From NCBI GenBank assembly GCA_964431885.1, contig CAYSLK010000012.1, positions 1 through 53,439 of the forward strand: a stretch of 53,439 nucleotides of DNA. The letters are read 5' to 3'. A model generated the notes under the pieces. The model saw only the letters and a program-made list of their open reading frames with translations, made no database searches and had not been told where the DNA came from. Every line of letters starts with the position of its first letter. The stretch's first letter is position 1. The position numbers were made by a program, and so were the translations under genes. This stretch comes from an uncultured Dehalococcoidia bacterium. Lineage in GTDB: Bacteria; Chloroflexota; Dehalococcoidia; Lucifugimonadales; CAUZEB01. Shown here in pieces: positions 20,965 to 30,294 of the stretch.

Positions 20965-21600
20965 CTAGAGCAATGCACCTTTGGGCCAAGGAGGTTGTGG
21001 GCGCTTCAGTTCACCTATATAGGACCTGTCAGCAGATATAGCCATAAAATGTTTGAATGCCTCTATAGAATCTTTCTCAGGAGGTATGAAAGTCTTCAAA
21101 TAAGCTGCATGGCCATTTTTAAACAAGAAAGTTGGGGTACCAAACACACCATGGTTTTCAACTGCATCTTTGTGATCATCACCAATGATTTCAAGTGATT
21201 GAGGATTCATTATATCTCGTTTAAACTTAGTGATATCTAGCCCCACTTCTTCTGCTAAATCTAGCATGGGCTTTATTTCGTTCAAGGCTATTCTACCATC
21301 GCCTCCATGACGGGCCGTCAAAAGAGCTAGGTGAAATTTTTCAAAATTATCGGAACCTTGTTTTTTTGCTGCCTCACCTGACATAGCGGCTATAAGTGAA
21401 CGCCTTTGTGTTGGATCTGGTTGTTCCCAGACTTTCCAATCAGAACTATCCGCACTGTTAATTTGCTCTAGGCAGAAATTCTTCCAGGTCACATCCAGAC
21501 TGGTTCCATAAACACTTTTTACTCTATTCAGCCACACGGCTGCATTGTATACCCATGGTCAGGCATAATCGCCATAAACTGCTAAAGTTATTTTATCCAT
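20965..21600 (-). CDS. DsbA-family thioredoxin-fold protein, probable selenoprotein (Sec at codon 14, TGA 21559-21561), 211 aa
   Basis: The track ORF 20965..21537 begins at an internal GTG. The same frame continues upstream as MDKITLAVYGDYA-[TGA]-PWVYNAAV from the ATG at 21600, which is preceded by AGGAGAGAG. YGDYAUPWVY aligns with the DsbA/FrnE-type DxxCPxCY active site, and the cis-Pro loop GVFGTPTF is present. A SECIS-like hairpin lies downstream. Confidence 0.7.
21526..21545 (-). promoter_or_regulatory. SECIS-like hairpin in the DsbA-family mRNA
   Basis: The mRNA reads AU-G-CAGCC-GUGU-GGCUG-A-AU: a 5-bp GC-rich stem plus two outer A-U pairs across one mismatch. The 4-nt loop starts with G, and its first nucleotide is 22 nt after the UGA (21 nt intervene). 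Confidence 0.5.
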
Positions 21601-21627
21601 TAGTATTCTCTCTCCTATATTTTATTT

Positions 21628-21652
21628 CATCTAGATTCTACGAATCTAGATG
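21628..21652. promoter_or_regulatory. 25-bp palindrome CATCTAGATTC-TAC-GAATCTAGATG in the leader/promoter of the DsbA-family gene
   Basis: Read directly: exact 11-bp arms with a 3-nt spacer, 28 nt upstream of the ATG at 21600. Confidence 0.4.
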
Positions 21653-21857
21653 CAGAAAGTCAAAACTTACTTGCCTAGACTTCATTATACGTTACTCCAC
21701 ATAATGCTCACTGTTGATCCTAACAGACTTCTAGTAGATGGTAAGTTCTTGACTAATTGTTCAAGCTATCTCAACAATTTGACCATGTGTCGAAGTCGTG
21801 GTACGGTCTGATCAGGAAATTTGTATTATGAATAAGAATATCTAAGGAGAGTTCGAT

Positions 21858-22838
21858 TTGCCAAATGAGATTATGACCGTTACAGGACCAATATCAGCCG
21901 ATGATCTTGGTTTTACACTGGCTCACGAGCATATATTCTTGGATTTAATGCCTGACGCGTGGGTTGGCGGCAATTACATGAATGATCTAGATGTCGCTCA
22001 ACTGGAACTACAACGGTATAAAGACGCAGGTGGTGTTACTTTAGTTGATCAAACTTCTGGGGGTCTGAGGGAAAACGATCATGACCTTCTAATAGACGAA
22101 GACCTCAATCACCTGAAACACGCGGAAGCTATTAAACTGATGGCAGAGAAGACAGGTCTGAATATCATACTGGGTTGCGGATGGTATCGCGAAACGTACT
22201 ACCCGCAAAGACTTTGGAGAATGAAAACTGATGAAATAGCAGAAGAAATGCTGCAGGACCTAACGGAGGGTATCGACGGTACTAATATACGAGCAGGTTT
22301 CATAGGCGAGATAGGTGCTCACTTTAATTGGGTATCAGCAATCGAAGAACGAGTTTTGCGAGCCGCGGCGCGTGCCCAGGTAAAAACTAATGTCGCATTG
22401 GGGACACATGCAACTAGAGGTACTCAAGGACTTGATCAGTTAGATGTACTCGAACAAGAGGGTGTTGACTTACGGAGAGTCGTAGTTGCACACTCAGGGG
22501 GCTTCCCGAGACATAAATACCATGCTGAAATCGCTCGTAGAGGCGCATACATTTCATACGATAGAATGGGCAACCTGAAAAATGCTAACCCCTACGATAA
22601 GAAAAGAACTCTTCAACACATAAAGAAGATTATCGACGCAGGCTTAATCAACAATCTGATTTTCTCTCACGACGTTTGCTACACTCACGACTGGCATACT
22701 TACGGGGGTTCCGGTTATGACTTCCTGTCTACAGAGGCTCTTCCTATGTTAAAGGAGGAAATTGGAATGACTGAAGAACAATTTAATACGATTATGTTGG
22801 GGAATTCACGACGCCTTTTAACTGGAGAAGGATTATAA
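21858..22838 (+). CDS. Phosphotriesterase-family (PTER/PHP-like) protein, 326 aa
   Basis: VTGPISADDLGFTLAHEHIFLD contains the HxH motif, and the rest of the product resembles PTER-family proteins by eye. The TTG start is preceded by AAGGAG. It is a paralog of 14703..15752. Confidence 0.8.
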   Translation: MPNEIMTVTGPISADDLGFTLAHEHIFLDLMPDAWVGGNYMNDLDVAQLELQRYKDAGGVTLVDQTSGGLRENDHDLLIDEDLNHLKHAEAIKLMAEKTGLNIILGCGWYRETYYPQRLWRMKTDEIAEEMLQDLTEGIDGTNIRAGFIGEIGAHFNWVSAIEERVLRAAARAQVKTNVALGTHATRGTQGLDQLDVLEQEGVDLRRVVVAHSGGFPRHKYHAEIARRGAYISYDRMGNLKNANPYDKKRTLQHIKKIIDAGLINNLIFSHDVCYTHDWHTYGGSGYDFLSTEALPMLKEEIGMTEEQFNTIMLGNSRRLLTGEGL

Positions 22839-22911
22839 AAAAGGAACATCCTATGATTCTCATGTATCCAGCATGCCGAATCACTAGTACATTTGAGGTG
22901 GACAGTACACC

Positions 22912-23853
22912 ATGTCGATAATGGTTACCGGTGGAACCGGTTTCATAGGTGCAAGGATAATACGTAAATTAATCAGTCGTGGTGAAGATGTAGTTTGCTT
23001 TGATCTTGTTCCCCCTGGTTCAAATTTGTCTGACGAACTCGACAAAATGCAAGTATACAGAGGAGATGTCACACAAATCCCGCATCTATTAGAAGCGATA
23101 ATCACACACAAAGTTCATAGAATCATCCATATGGGAGCTCTGCTACCACCAGCCAGTGAAGATCGTCCCCATTTTGGTATGCTAGTAAATATACAAGGTA
23201 CAAACAATGTTTTTGAAGTTGCGCGTTGGACTGGTATCGAAAGAGTAGTTTATGCGAGCTCTATTTCAGTCTACGGTCCGCAAGAATACTACGGTGCGGA
23301 CCCAATCAACGAAGATGATGTCCCAAATCCGACCAACCTATATGGTATGACTAAATATGTAAACGATTTCTCAGCGGCCAATTATATTTCTAAATATGGC
23401 CTAGATCTCCGCGGTATTCGTATATGTACCGTATTTGGACACGGTCGAAAGACTGGTGCAACTGGCTTGATCGGAGGTTTATTAATGTCACTACCAGCCA
23501 TTGGTAAACCAATAGATTTACCGTTTGACCGTAGCTTCCCTTCTTCGATGATACACGCAGAAGATGCGGCAGAAATATTTGTGCGTACTACCTTAAGTAA
23601 GACTTTGAATCATCCCGTATATATAAGTGGTGGCCACATAGCGACTGTAGGCGACATAGTTGATACCGTTAGAAATATATTGCCAGATGCACAAATTACA
23701 ACCGGTGACAAATTACTTCCTCACCTTTACAAACTAGACAACAGCCGTATGATTGCTGACATAGGTTACGAATTACCACCCCTGAGATCAAGTATCCTTT
23801 ACCATATTAATGAAGCGCGTGCGGAAGCTGGAATGACCACACTTGAGTCTTGA
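22912..23853 (+). CDS. NAD-dependent epimerase/dehydratase (extended SDR), 313 aa
   Basis: N-terminal VTGGTGFIGARII Rossmann motif and the catalytic YGMTK (YxxxK). TGA stop. Confidence 0.8.
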   Translation: MSIMVTGGTGFIGARIIRKLISRGEDVVCFDLVPPGSNLSDELDKMQVYRGDVTQIPHLLEAIITHKVHRIIHMGALLPPASEDRPHFGMLVNIQGTNNVFEVARWTGIERVVYASSISVYGPQEYYGADPINEDDVPNPTNLYGMTKYVNDFSAANYISKYGLDLRGIRICTVFGHGRKTGATGLIGGLLMSLPAIGKPIDLPFDRSFPSSMIHAEDAAEIFVRTTLSKTLNHPVYISGGHIATVGDIVDTVRNILPDAQITTGDKLLPHLYKLDNSRMIADIGYELPPLRSSILYHINEARAEAGMTTLES

Positions 23854-23934
23854 TTCGCAAGCCTATTTAAGTAAGCTACACATGCAAGAATTGATCATCG
23901 CTATGAATGTATAAGCCAATTCTTTTTCTCGCCC

Positions 23935-25674
23935 TTATCCCAACCGAACGTCTAGAACGGCAGCTTTACCAGCTCTCACTTCACTCAAACATCTCTCAAG
24001 TGCAGTCTTTAGTTGTGCGGGCTTATCGACCATTTCTCCATACGCTCTGCAAGCTTGTGCAAGTAAGGCAAAATCTACAGACGGTCCTAATTCCATACCT
24101 ACCCAATTATTCGTTCTCTTAGCATAACTATCAGGATAACCAGCATTCAGGGACACTCGCGTGGCATTATGAATTTGATTGTTGTAAATAACGGTAAGAA
24201 AGGGCGCATTATGAACGTCAGAAGCCCACAGTGTTGAAGTCGGACACCCAAATATGAATGCTCCATCACCCACTGTTGCTAGAACCGTACTCCCTTGATC
24301 TGCTAATTTAACTCCCATAGCTGCCCCCAGGCCCCATCCTAAACTTGATCCTCCACTCCTAAAATAAGTGCCTGGTTTACTACGTCTAACATAATTAGAA
24401 ACGTGTTTAGAATTTGTGACACATTCATCTACGACAACAGTGTTCTCATCCATTATTTCATTTATACAATAACTGAGCCATTCGGGAGTAATTTTGTTAC
24501 TTTGCTCATGGCTTTGAGCAAGAGCGACAGATTCCATATATTCCTTTTCGTGATTTTCTCGTATAAGTTGATATCGTTCATCAACTCTAGCACTATCTGA
24601 TGGTTCCATTTTGCTGTTAATAGCATCTATCAGTAAAGGTATCGCTTTAGACGAATCAGCATGCACAATGTGATCATAGGGAAAAACCCATAGTGGAATC
24701 GTAGGCTTTATTGGATCGATATCAATATGGAATATTTTTGCCTCTGTCATAGGTGAACCGATTGCTGGAATATATGGAACATCCTGATCAACACTAAGAA
24801 TGACATCAGCTGTCTCGATAAGAGATTGAGCACTTACACCGGCGTACATAGGATGAGACGTGGGAAAATTCATGTGCACTGGTTCAGAGACAACCGGACA
24901 CCCCACGATTTCAGCTAATGCTACCATTGACGCCACAGAAGATAGATTCCTTCCTGACTGACCAGTAATAACTAAGGGGCTTCGGGCATTAACTAACGCA
25001 TCAGCAATTTCTTCTACTGCGGACGGATCGGCTTGCGGCGTTACCGGAGAGCTAAACCGATTAGATAGTGGAATGGTAACCTCTTTTATTTGCTCCATCA
25101 AAACTTCTCTCGGCAAAGTAATATAGACTGGACCGCACGGCTCGGATGACGCAACTTGAAAGGCCCTCTGCACGATATGCTGGATATTATCCGGTCGCCG
25201 AGCCTCATAATCCCACTTTGTGAAATTACGAAGGATACCAGCTTGATCTAACTGCTCTTGCGTCCAGTGAATATTCATAGATCGTGTACCTGGCATTTCC
25301 CCGTCGAACGTAAGAGGTGCTCTACCAGCACAAATTACGATACCGGCTCGACCTCTCTGAGCATCATGCATATTGCCACCTAGATTTAATGTTCCGGCAT
25401 CGACATGTACAAGGACCACTTGAACTTCTTTTGTAGCAACGAAATATCCATGAGCTGCTGCTACAGCCGTAGCTTCATCAGGGCACAAAATCACCCGTGG
25501 TGTGATCCTTCCTTGTGATTCAAATTTTGCAATTGCCTCTTGAATTGGAAAGGTATCAGTCCCTGAGTTGATGAATAGAATCTTAACTCCATTGGCATTA
25601 AGTACTTCTATAAAAACATCAGCTCCACATTCCCCAGACAATTTTCGCCCGCCCTTATATTTATCGATAGCCAT
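23935..25674 (-). CDS. Thiamine-diphosphate-dependent enzyme (acetolactate synthase large subunit/benzoylformate decarboxylase-like)
   Basis: The ThDP-binding motif GDGAFIFGCPTSTLWASDVHNAPFLTVIYNN (GDG...NN) is present, and the three-domain length is typical of the family. The ATG at 25674 is preceded by GAGGAAAG; the track ORF extends to a GTG at 25692. Confidence 0.8.
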   Translation of the reverse strand: MAIDKYKGGRKLSGECGADVFIEVLNANGVKILFINSGTDTFPIQEAIAKFESQGRITPRVILCPDEATAVAAAHGYFVATKEVQVVLVHVDAGTLNLGGNMHDAQRGRAGIVICAGRAPLTFDGEMPGTRSMNIHWTQEQLDQAGILRNFTKWDYEARRPDNIQHIVQRAFQVASSEPCGPVYITLPREVLMEQIKEVTIPLSNRFSSPVTPQADPSAVEEIADALVNARSPLVITGQSGRNLSSVASMVALAEIVGCPVVSEPVHMNFPTSHPMYAGVSAQSLIETADVILSVDQDVPYIPAIGSPMTEAKIFHIDIDPIKPTIPLWVFPYDHIVHADSSKAIPLLIDAINSKMEPSDSARVDERYQLIRENHEKEYMESVALAQSHEQSNKITPEWLSYCINEIMDENTVVVDECVTNSKHVSNYVRRSKPGTYFRSGGSSLGWGLGAAMGVKLADQGSTVLATVGDGAFIFGCPTSTLWASDVHNAPFLTVIYNNQIHNATRVSLNAGYPDSYAKRTNNWVGMELGPSVDFALLAQACRAYGEMVDKPAQLKTALERCLSEVRAGKAAVLDVRLG

Positions 25675-25719
25675 CGTGTTTTCTTTCCTCACTTCCTTTG
25701 TCCAACATAAGTAATCGTA

Positions 25720-27417
25720 TCATTTTGTAGGTACCACGGGCAGCAGAATATGCGAAGGATGTAAAGAATCATGGAACACATTTTGATGTGCGATCTGAAT
25801 TTGATCATTTTCCCCGAATTTGTGGCCCGTGTTTGGATTACGATCGAATCGAGGGAAATTACTGCTGGATATATCCACCCTAATACGATGCCCTTTCAAG
25901 AAAACATTACTTGTCGGCCAAAGATCAATGGTAAATTCATATGTTTTCCCAGACTCAAGTAATTGTTGCTTAGATGTGGATTCCCGATATCGGGCGCGAA
26001 TAATTCCGTCGCAAAGATTAACGGCATAGCCGTTTGGATGAACATCAACTAACTTGGCTGTGAAATCTGTATCTGTCACATTTGTACTGGCGAACAATTT
26101 CACAACTACGGGCCCAGTTACTTCAATTTCATCATCTAAGGCGTTTGAAGTGTAAACTAACACGTCATTCCTGTACTCAACAGAACGTTGATCGAAAGCA
26201 CCCCAATCTACAATCTCAGGATTGCAGCAATTGCAACCACCTTTGGTCGGGACGGGGGATTGTGGATTATAAACGAAATGGTCTTGTGGTTCTTCTCCAG
26301 GTTCAGTTGTAGATAGGCCACCACTACCCAAGAGGGAATTTGCCTCCCCGTCACTATGGAAATAGTAAGGAGTATACACTGTCCTATTCAAGGGCCATTC
26401 ATTTTCATCACGCCATTTGTTTGTTCCCATCACGAAGAGTTTAAGAGGAGCATCTTTCTCAGCTCCGTTGTTTTTCCCTTTTAGCCAGCGGTCGAACCAT
26501 CGCAATTCAATTTGCAAAAGATCTAACACCGACTCCTTTCCGAAATCAACTTCTCCAGCGTGGGTCATTTTACTCGCTGTGTGTACCCAGGGTCCCACAA
26601 CAGCTCTCTGATTGTTTTTCGCCAGATCCGAACCACCGTTTGCTCGCATTCCTACAAAGTTATTAAATGTGCCAGCCGTGAAGAAATCATACCATCCTCC
26701 AATTTGAAGAATCGGGATTTTAATATCTTGGTACCGTTCTTTATTGGCTAAGGATTTCCAGTAGTCATCATAATCCGGGTGATCTATCCAATCTTGAAAA
26801 AATTGGACATCCTTACCAGCTGCCTTAGCTATATCTCTCAATGATAGTACAGAGAAAAGTTGATCCCAATTATAGATGCTTATATCTTGCCATGTACGTC
26901 CGGCCATACGAAAGGTCCACGTAGCATTCCAATTTAATTGAAATGCGCCTCCTTGGTATTGTGGAGCCTCGTAGAGATTGTCTCCTATAACTCGTGGAAC
27001 AATTGCCTTTAAGTGCGTACTGCCACCGGCAGCTGCCTGCCACTGTACATTTCCAACATACGAACTACCCACCATGCCAATGTTCCCATCGCACCATACT
27101 TGAGATGCTATCCATTCGACCGAATCATGACCATCTCTGAATTCATTAATCCATGGGTAAAAGTCCCCGTCTGAATCATTTCTACCTCTAGTGTCTTGAG
27201 CTACGAAAGCATAACCGTGCTGGGCAAAGAAAATCGCGCTATCTACCATAGCTTCGGCCGTGTTATCGTATGGAGTACGAGAAAACACTACAGGCAAGGG
27301 TCCTTCTTTCTCCTCAGGGAAGAAAATATCCGCGGAAAGTCTTATCCCATCTCTCATGGGCATTCCAACGTTGTATCTGGCGGTCACTCCAGCGGGTAAA
27401 AACACATTCTGAGACAT
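25720..27417 (-). CDS. CocE/NonD-family (S15 X-Pro dipeptidyl-peptidase-like) alpha/beta hydrolase
   Basis: Nucleophile-elbow region GNIGMVGSSYVG, TPYDN near the N-terminus, and a C-terminal jelly-roll region. The ATG at 27417 is preceded by GGAGG; the track ORF extends to 27471. Confidence 0.8.
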   Translation of the reverse strand: MSQNVFLPAGVTARYNVGMPMRDGIRLSADIFFPEEKEGPLPVVFSRTPYDNTAEAMVDSAIFFAQHGYAFVAQDTRGRNDSDGDFYPWINEFRDGHDSVEWIASQVWCDGNIGMVGSSYVGNVQWQAAAGGSTHLKAIVPRVIGDNLYEAPQYQGGAFQLNWNATWTFRMAGRTWQDISIYNWDQLFSVLSLRDIAKAAGKDVQFFQDWIDHPDYDDYWKSLANKERYQDIKIPILQIGGWYDFFTAGTFNNFVGMRANGGSDLAKNNQRAVVGPWVHTASKMTHAGEVDFGKESVLDLLQIELRWFDRWLKGKNNGAEKDAPLKLFVMGTNKWRDENEWPLNRTVYTPYYFHSDGEANSLLGSGGLSTTEPGEEPQDHFVYNPQSPVPTKGGCNCCNPEIVDWGAFDQRSVEYRNDVLVYTSNALDDEIEVTGPVVVKLFASTNVTDTDFTAKLVDVHPNGYAVNLCDGIIRARYRESTSKQQLLESGKTYEFTIDLWPTSNVFLKGHRIRVDISSSNFPRFDRNPNTGHKFGENDQIQIAHQNVFHDSLHPSHILLPVVPTK

Positions 27418-27480
27418 TAGATTTCCTCCTGAATATAAATCCTTATCAATCAGTGGCCGGACACTCACCATAAGCGAATG

Positions 27481-28599
27481 TTACGCCCATCCATCGATAC
27501 TATATTTAGATACGGCCTTTTCGTCTAATTCAATCCCGAATCCAGGTCGTTCCGGTATTATAACATTTCCGTTTTTGTGCTCTAATTTTGTCGAAAGAAC
27601 TAACGCAATGTTTGTGATGCTTACATCATTAAAATATTCGAGCCATGTTGCATTAGGTGTGCTAGCGACCATATGAACATGTAGGTCCTGTCTAGAATGA
27701 GGAGCTATCGTAACGCCGTAAGCTGCAGCAAGGTTGGCGATTTTCTTAAACTCACTTACTCCTCCGCATACTGCTACATCAGGTTGGATAATATCCACAC
27801 CTCTTTTATCCAATAAAACTTTGAATCCCCAATGCCCATTCTCTATTTCACCGGTCGCAATCGGCGTATCAACAGAAGCCGACAGTGAAGCAAAAAGATC
27901 AAACTCATCTGGTGGGAAAGGTTCTTCAATCCAACCAGGATTAAATCTTTCAAATCTCTTCACATATGCAATCGCGGTAGCTGTATCGTTCCAGGCGTTA
28001 TTTACGTCAAGGAAGAGTTGAATGTTAGGCCCAATGGCATCTCTCGCGGCAGCCACTCTTTTAACATCTTCATCAATACTAAGTCTTCCCACTTTTATTT
28101 TTACAGCATTAAAACCCATCTTTACATAACTTTCCACTTCTCTAGCAAGGTCCATATGTGTCTTCCCTTTATAGTAATATCCTCCACTCGCATACGCGGG
28201 AACACTACCGGTTCGAGAACCTCCCAAATATTTATACAAGGGCAATCCTGCGGCTTTGGCGTTAGCATCCCACAGAGCATTGTCTATAGCACTCATTGCT
28301 CGTAAAATTAATCCGCGCCGGCCTTGTAACAAAGCATCTTTAAACATCATTTCCCATAACTGCTCCACTTGATTGGAATCCTGACCTATGACACTATCTC
28401 TCAGTAGATCACGCACCGCTATCGTTCCCAGATGGCCTGCCTTGTTGCCTATATAGCAATAACCTATTCCCTCTACGCCATCCTCTCTTACAATCTTAAC
28501 TATCGTAAAATGCCTTTCAGATACGATGCGAGTTGAAAAAGTGGTAGGTGTTTCTAATGGAATAGCCACAGTACAGGCTTTAATATCCACGATTTTCAT
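27481..28599 (-). CDS. Enolase-superfamily enzyme, mandelate-racemase subgroup (acid-sugar dehydratase/racemase-like), 372 aa
   Basis: KxK in AVKIKVG, metal ligands in LFLDVNNAW, WIEEP and IATGE, and a His-Asp dyad context (IQPDVAVCGG, IAPHS). Confidence 0.8.
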   Translation of the reverse strand: MKIVDIKACTVAIPLETPTTFSTRIVSERHFTIVKIVREDGVEGIGYCYIGNKAGHLGTIAVRDLLRDSVIGQDSNQVEQLWEMMFKDALLQGRRGLILRAMSAIDNALWDANAKAAGLPLYKYLGGSRTGSVPAYASGGYYYKGKTHMDLAREVESYVKMGFNAVKIKVGRLSIDEDVKRVAAARDAIGPNIQLFLDVNNAWNDTATAIAYVKRFERFNPGWIEEPFPPDEFDLFASLSASVDTPIATGEIENGHWGFKVLLDKRGVDIIQPDVAVCGGVSEFKKIANLAAAYGVTIAPHSRQDLHVHMVASTPNATWLEYFNDVSITNIALVLSTKLEHKNGNVIIPERPGFGIELDEKAVSKYSIDGWA

Positions 28600-28758
28600 T
28601 CGTATGGATTCTCCTTTATTCTGAATATAACTGATTAGCGATGTGTCTATTCATAGATAATAAGAGGTATGAATGACTCTTATTAAAAAGAATCCTAAGC
28701 CGAGATATGAAACCTTTCCTGGTAATCAATAAATACACCAACAATATCAATTATTGGT

Positions 28759-30081
28759 TCAGTCTTGTTGTAATAAAATGGATTCAAGGTCTTCTAGATA
28801 TGAATCAATATGTTCGTCCTTCATTGGTTGGGATATTATCATGCCCATAGTGGCACGCGCGAAATATCCCTGTACCATCATCGCAATGCCTACACGGTCA
28901 GTTAACTCTCTATTCACTGTGCATGCAGATCGATAATCTGTGACGGGTTGATCTGTCAGGTGATATCCGACTATGGACCCTTCTCGAAGAACTTGATGAG
29001 GTATCCCAGCTTTCATAAAAACTGCTTTCAAGCCCACATAAAGTTGCTCACCTAAAGATTCCATGTACGAATAAACCTCAGGTGTGAGTGCTCGGAGTGT
29101 TGCTAGACCTGCAGCCAGGGTAAACATATTTCCTGAATAGGTTCCGCTTTGATAAAGCCCAGTATTAACGGTATTATCCAAAACATCCATCAAGTCCCCA
29201 CGACCACCTAAAGCCCCCACGGGCAGACCACCACCAACGACTTTCCCAAGAATAGTCAGATCAGGCATGATATCACAAACCCCTTGAAATCCCCCCCTTC
29301 CGACCCTGAAACTTACGACTTCATCCATAACTAAAAGAATGCCAAGTTCTTCGGTGATTTGTCTCAGCCAGCGTACAAAATCGTGGGAAGTGTCATAAAA
29401 CCCCGGTTTACCATCATAAAAGACTGCGGCTATTTCATCTTTTTGCTCTCTGAGTATTAATTCAACGGACTCCCGGTTATTATGGGGCAATACGACTACA
29501 TCTTCTGACGAGCTATTGGCCATTCCTTTCCATCCGTCTATGGAATTAGGTGTATCTTCAGGTCCTGCCTCGTCAAGAGACGGAGACACACTCACTTCTA
29601 AAGCATCGTGGCTCCCATGGTAATTACCTTCAAACTTAGCTAACTTCGATTTTCCACTGATCATCCTAACCATACGTGTAGCATGCAGTGACGCCTCGGT
29701 ACCTGAATTGGTAAAGCGTACTTTTTCAACCGAAGGAATTCTATCAACAAGCTCTGCAGAAACTTCTGCTTCTAATTTAGTAGGTCCGCCATGAGCGATA
29801 CCTAAGTTCAATGTGTTTTGGATAGATTCAACAACGTCGGGATGGCTATGACCAAGAATAGTGGCCGTGTGATGATTTTCGAAATCAAGATAACGGCGTC
29901 CATCCAGATCCCACAAATAACATCCTTCGGCTCTCTCTATATAGATAGGATAAGGATCGCTCCAATACGCTCCTTTTATTAAACCGCCTGGCATTACTGG
30001 TTTACCAAGTTCCCACTGAGCCTTAGATTTAGGAGTTATTTTTTTGTATTCCGCTTTCAAAGAAGTCATTGACCTAACCAT
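28759..30081 (-). CDS. Class III PLP aminotransferase (glutamate-1-semialdehyde aminomutase-like), 440 aa
   Basis: FTNSGTEASLHATR, LLVMDEVVSFRVGRGG and the PLP-lysine context LTILGKVVGGGLPVGALGG. The ATG is preceded by GAGGAG. Confidence 0.8.
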   Translation of the reverse strand: MVRSMTSLKAEYKKITPKSKAQWELGKPVMPGGLIKGAYWSDPYPIYIERAEGCYLWDLDGRRYLDFENHHTATILGHSHPDVVESIQNTLNLGIAHGGPTKLEAEVSAELVDRIPSVEKVRFTNSGTEASLHATRMVRMISGKSKLAKFEGNYHGSHDALEVSVSPSLDEAGPEDTPNSIDGWKGMANSSSEDVVVLPHNNRESVELILREQKDEIAAVFYDGKPGFYDTSHDFVRWLRQITEELGILLVMDEVVSFRVGRGGFQGVCDIMPDLTILGKVVGGGLPVGALGGRGDLMDVLDNTVNTGLYQSGTYSGNMFTLAAGLATLRALTPEVYSYMESLGEQLYVGLKAVFMKAGIPHQVLREGSIVGYHLTDQPVTDYRSACTVNRELTDRVGIAMMVQGYFARATMGMIISQPMKDEHIDSYLEDLESILLQQD

Positions 30082-30294
30082 GAAACACTCCTCAATTGCT
30101 GTTCCTTAAAAGATTATTCATACGCCATCACTCAAATGAGATCTTACACCGATCAAGTTATAAGTCAAGTTATTGTAGTCTTTTTTTTAGACCTCTAAAC
30201 ATACATTGACTGTAGTAGACTAAATGATTACACTTCGGGCTTAATTGAACTCGAATATTATATTAATCTAAGGCCTGCTATTAGGAGTTATGTG

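Noticed and set aside
23851-23874. The TGA ending the epimerase gene might be read through (Sec near the C-terminus), extending the product by FASLFK.
   Set aside because: The extension is only 6 codons. This SDR family has no conserved C-terminal Cys that I know of, and I saw no hairpin downstream. It is an ordinary stop.
28649-28674. An inverted repeat AATAAGAG-N10-CTCTTATT lies downstream of the aminotransferase gene and might be a terminator inside the putative operon.
   Set aside because: The stem is AT-rich, and the T/A tract is on the wrong side for the minus-strand transcript. There is not enough evidence to split the operon.
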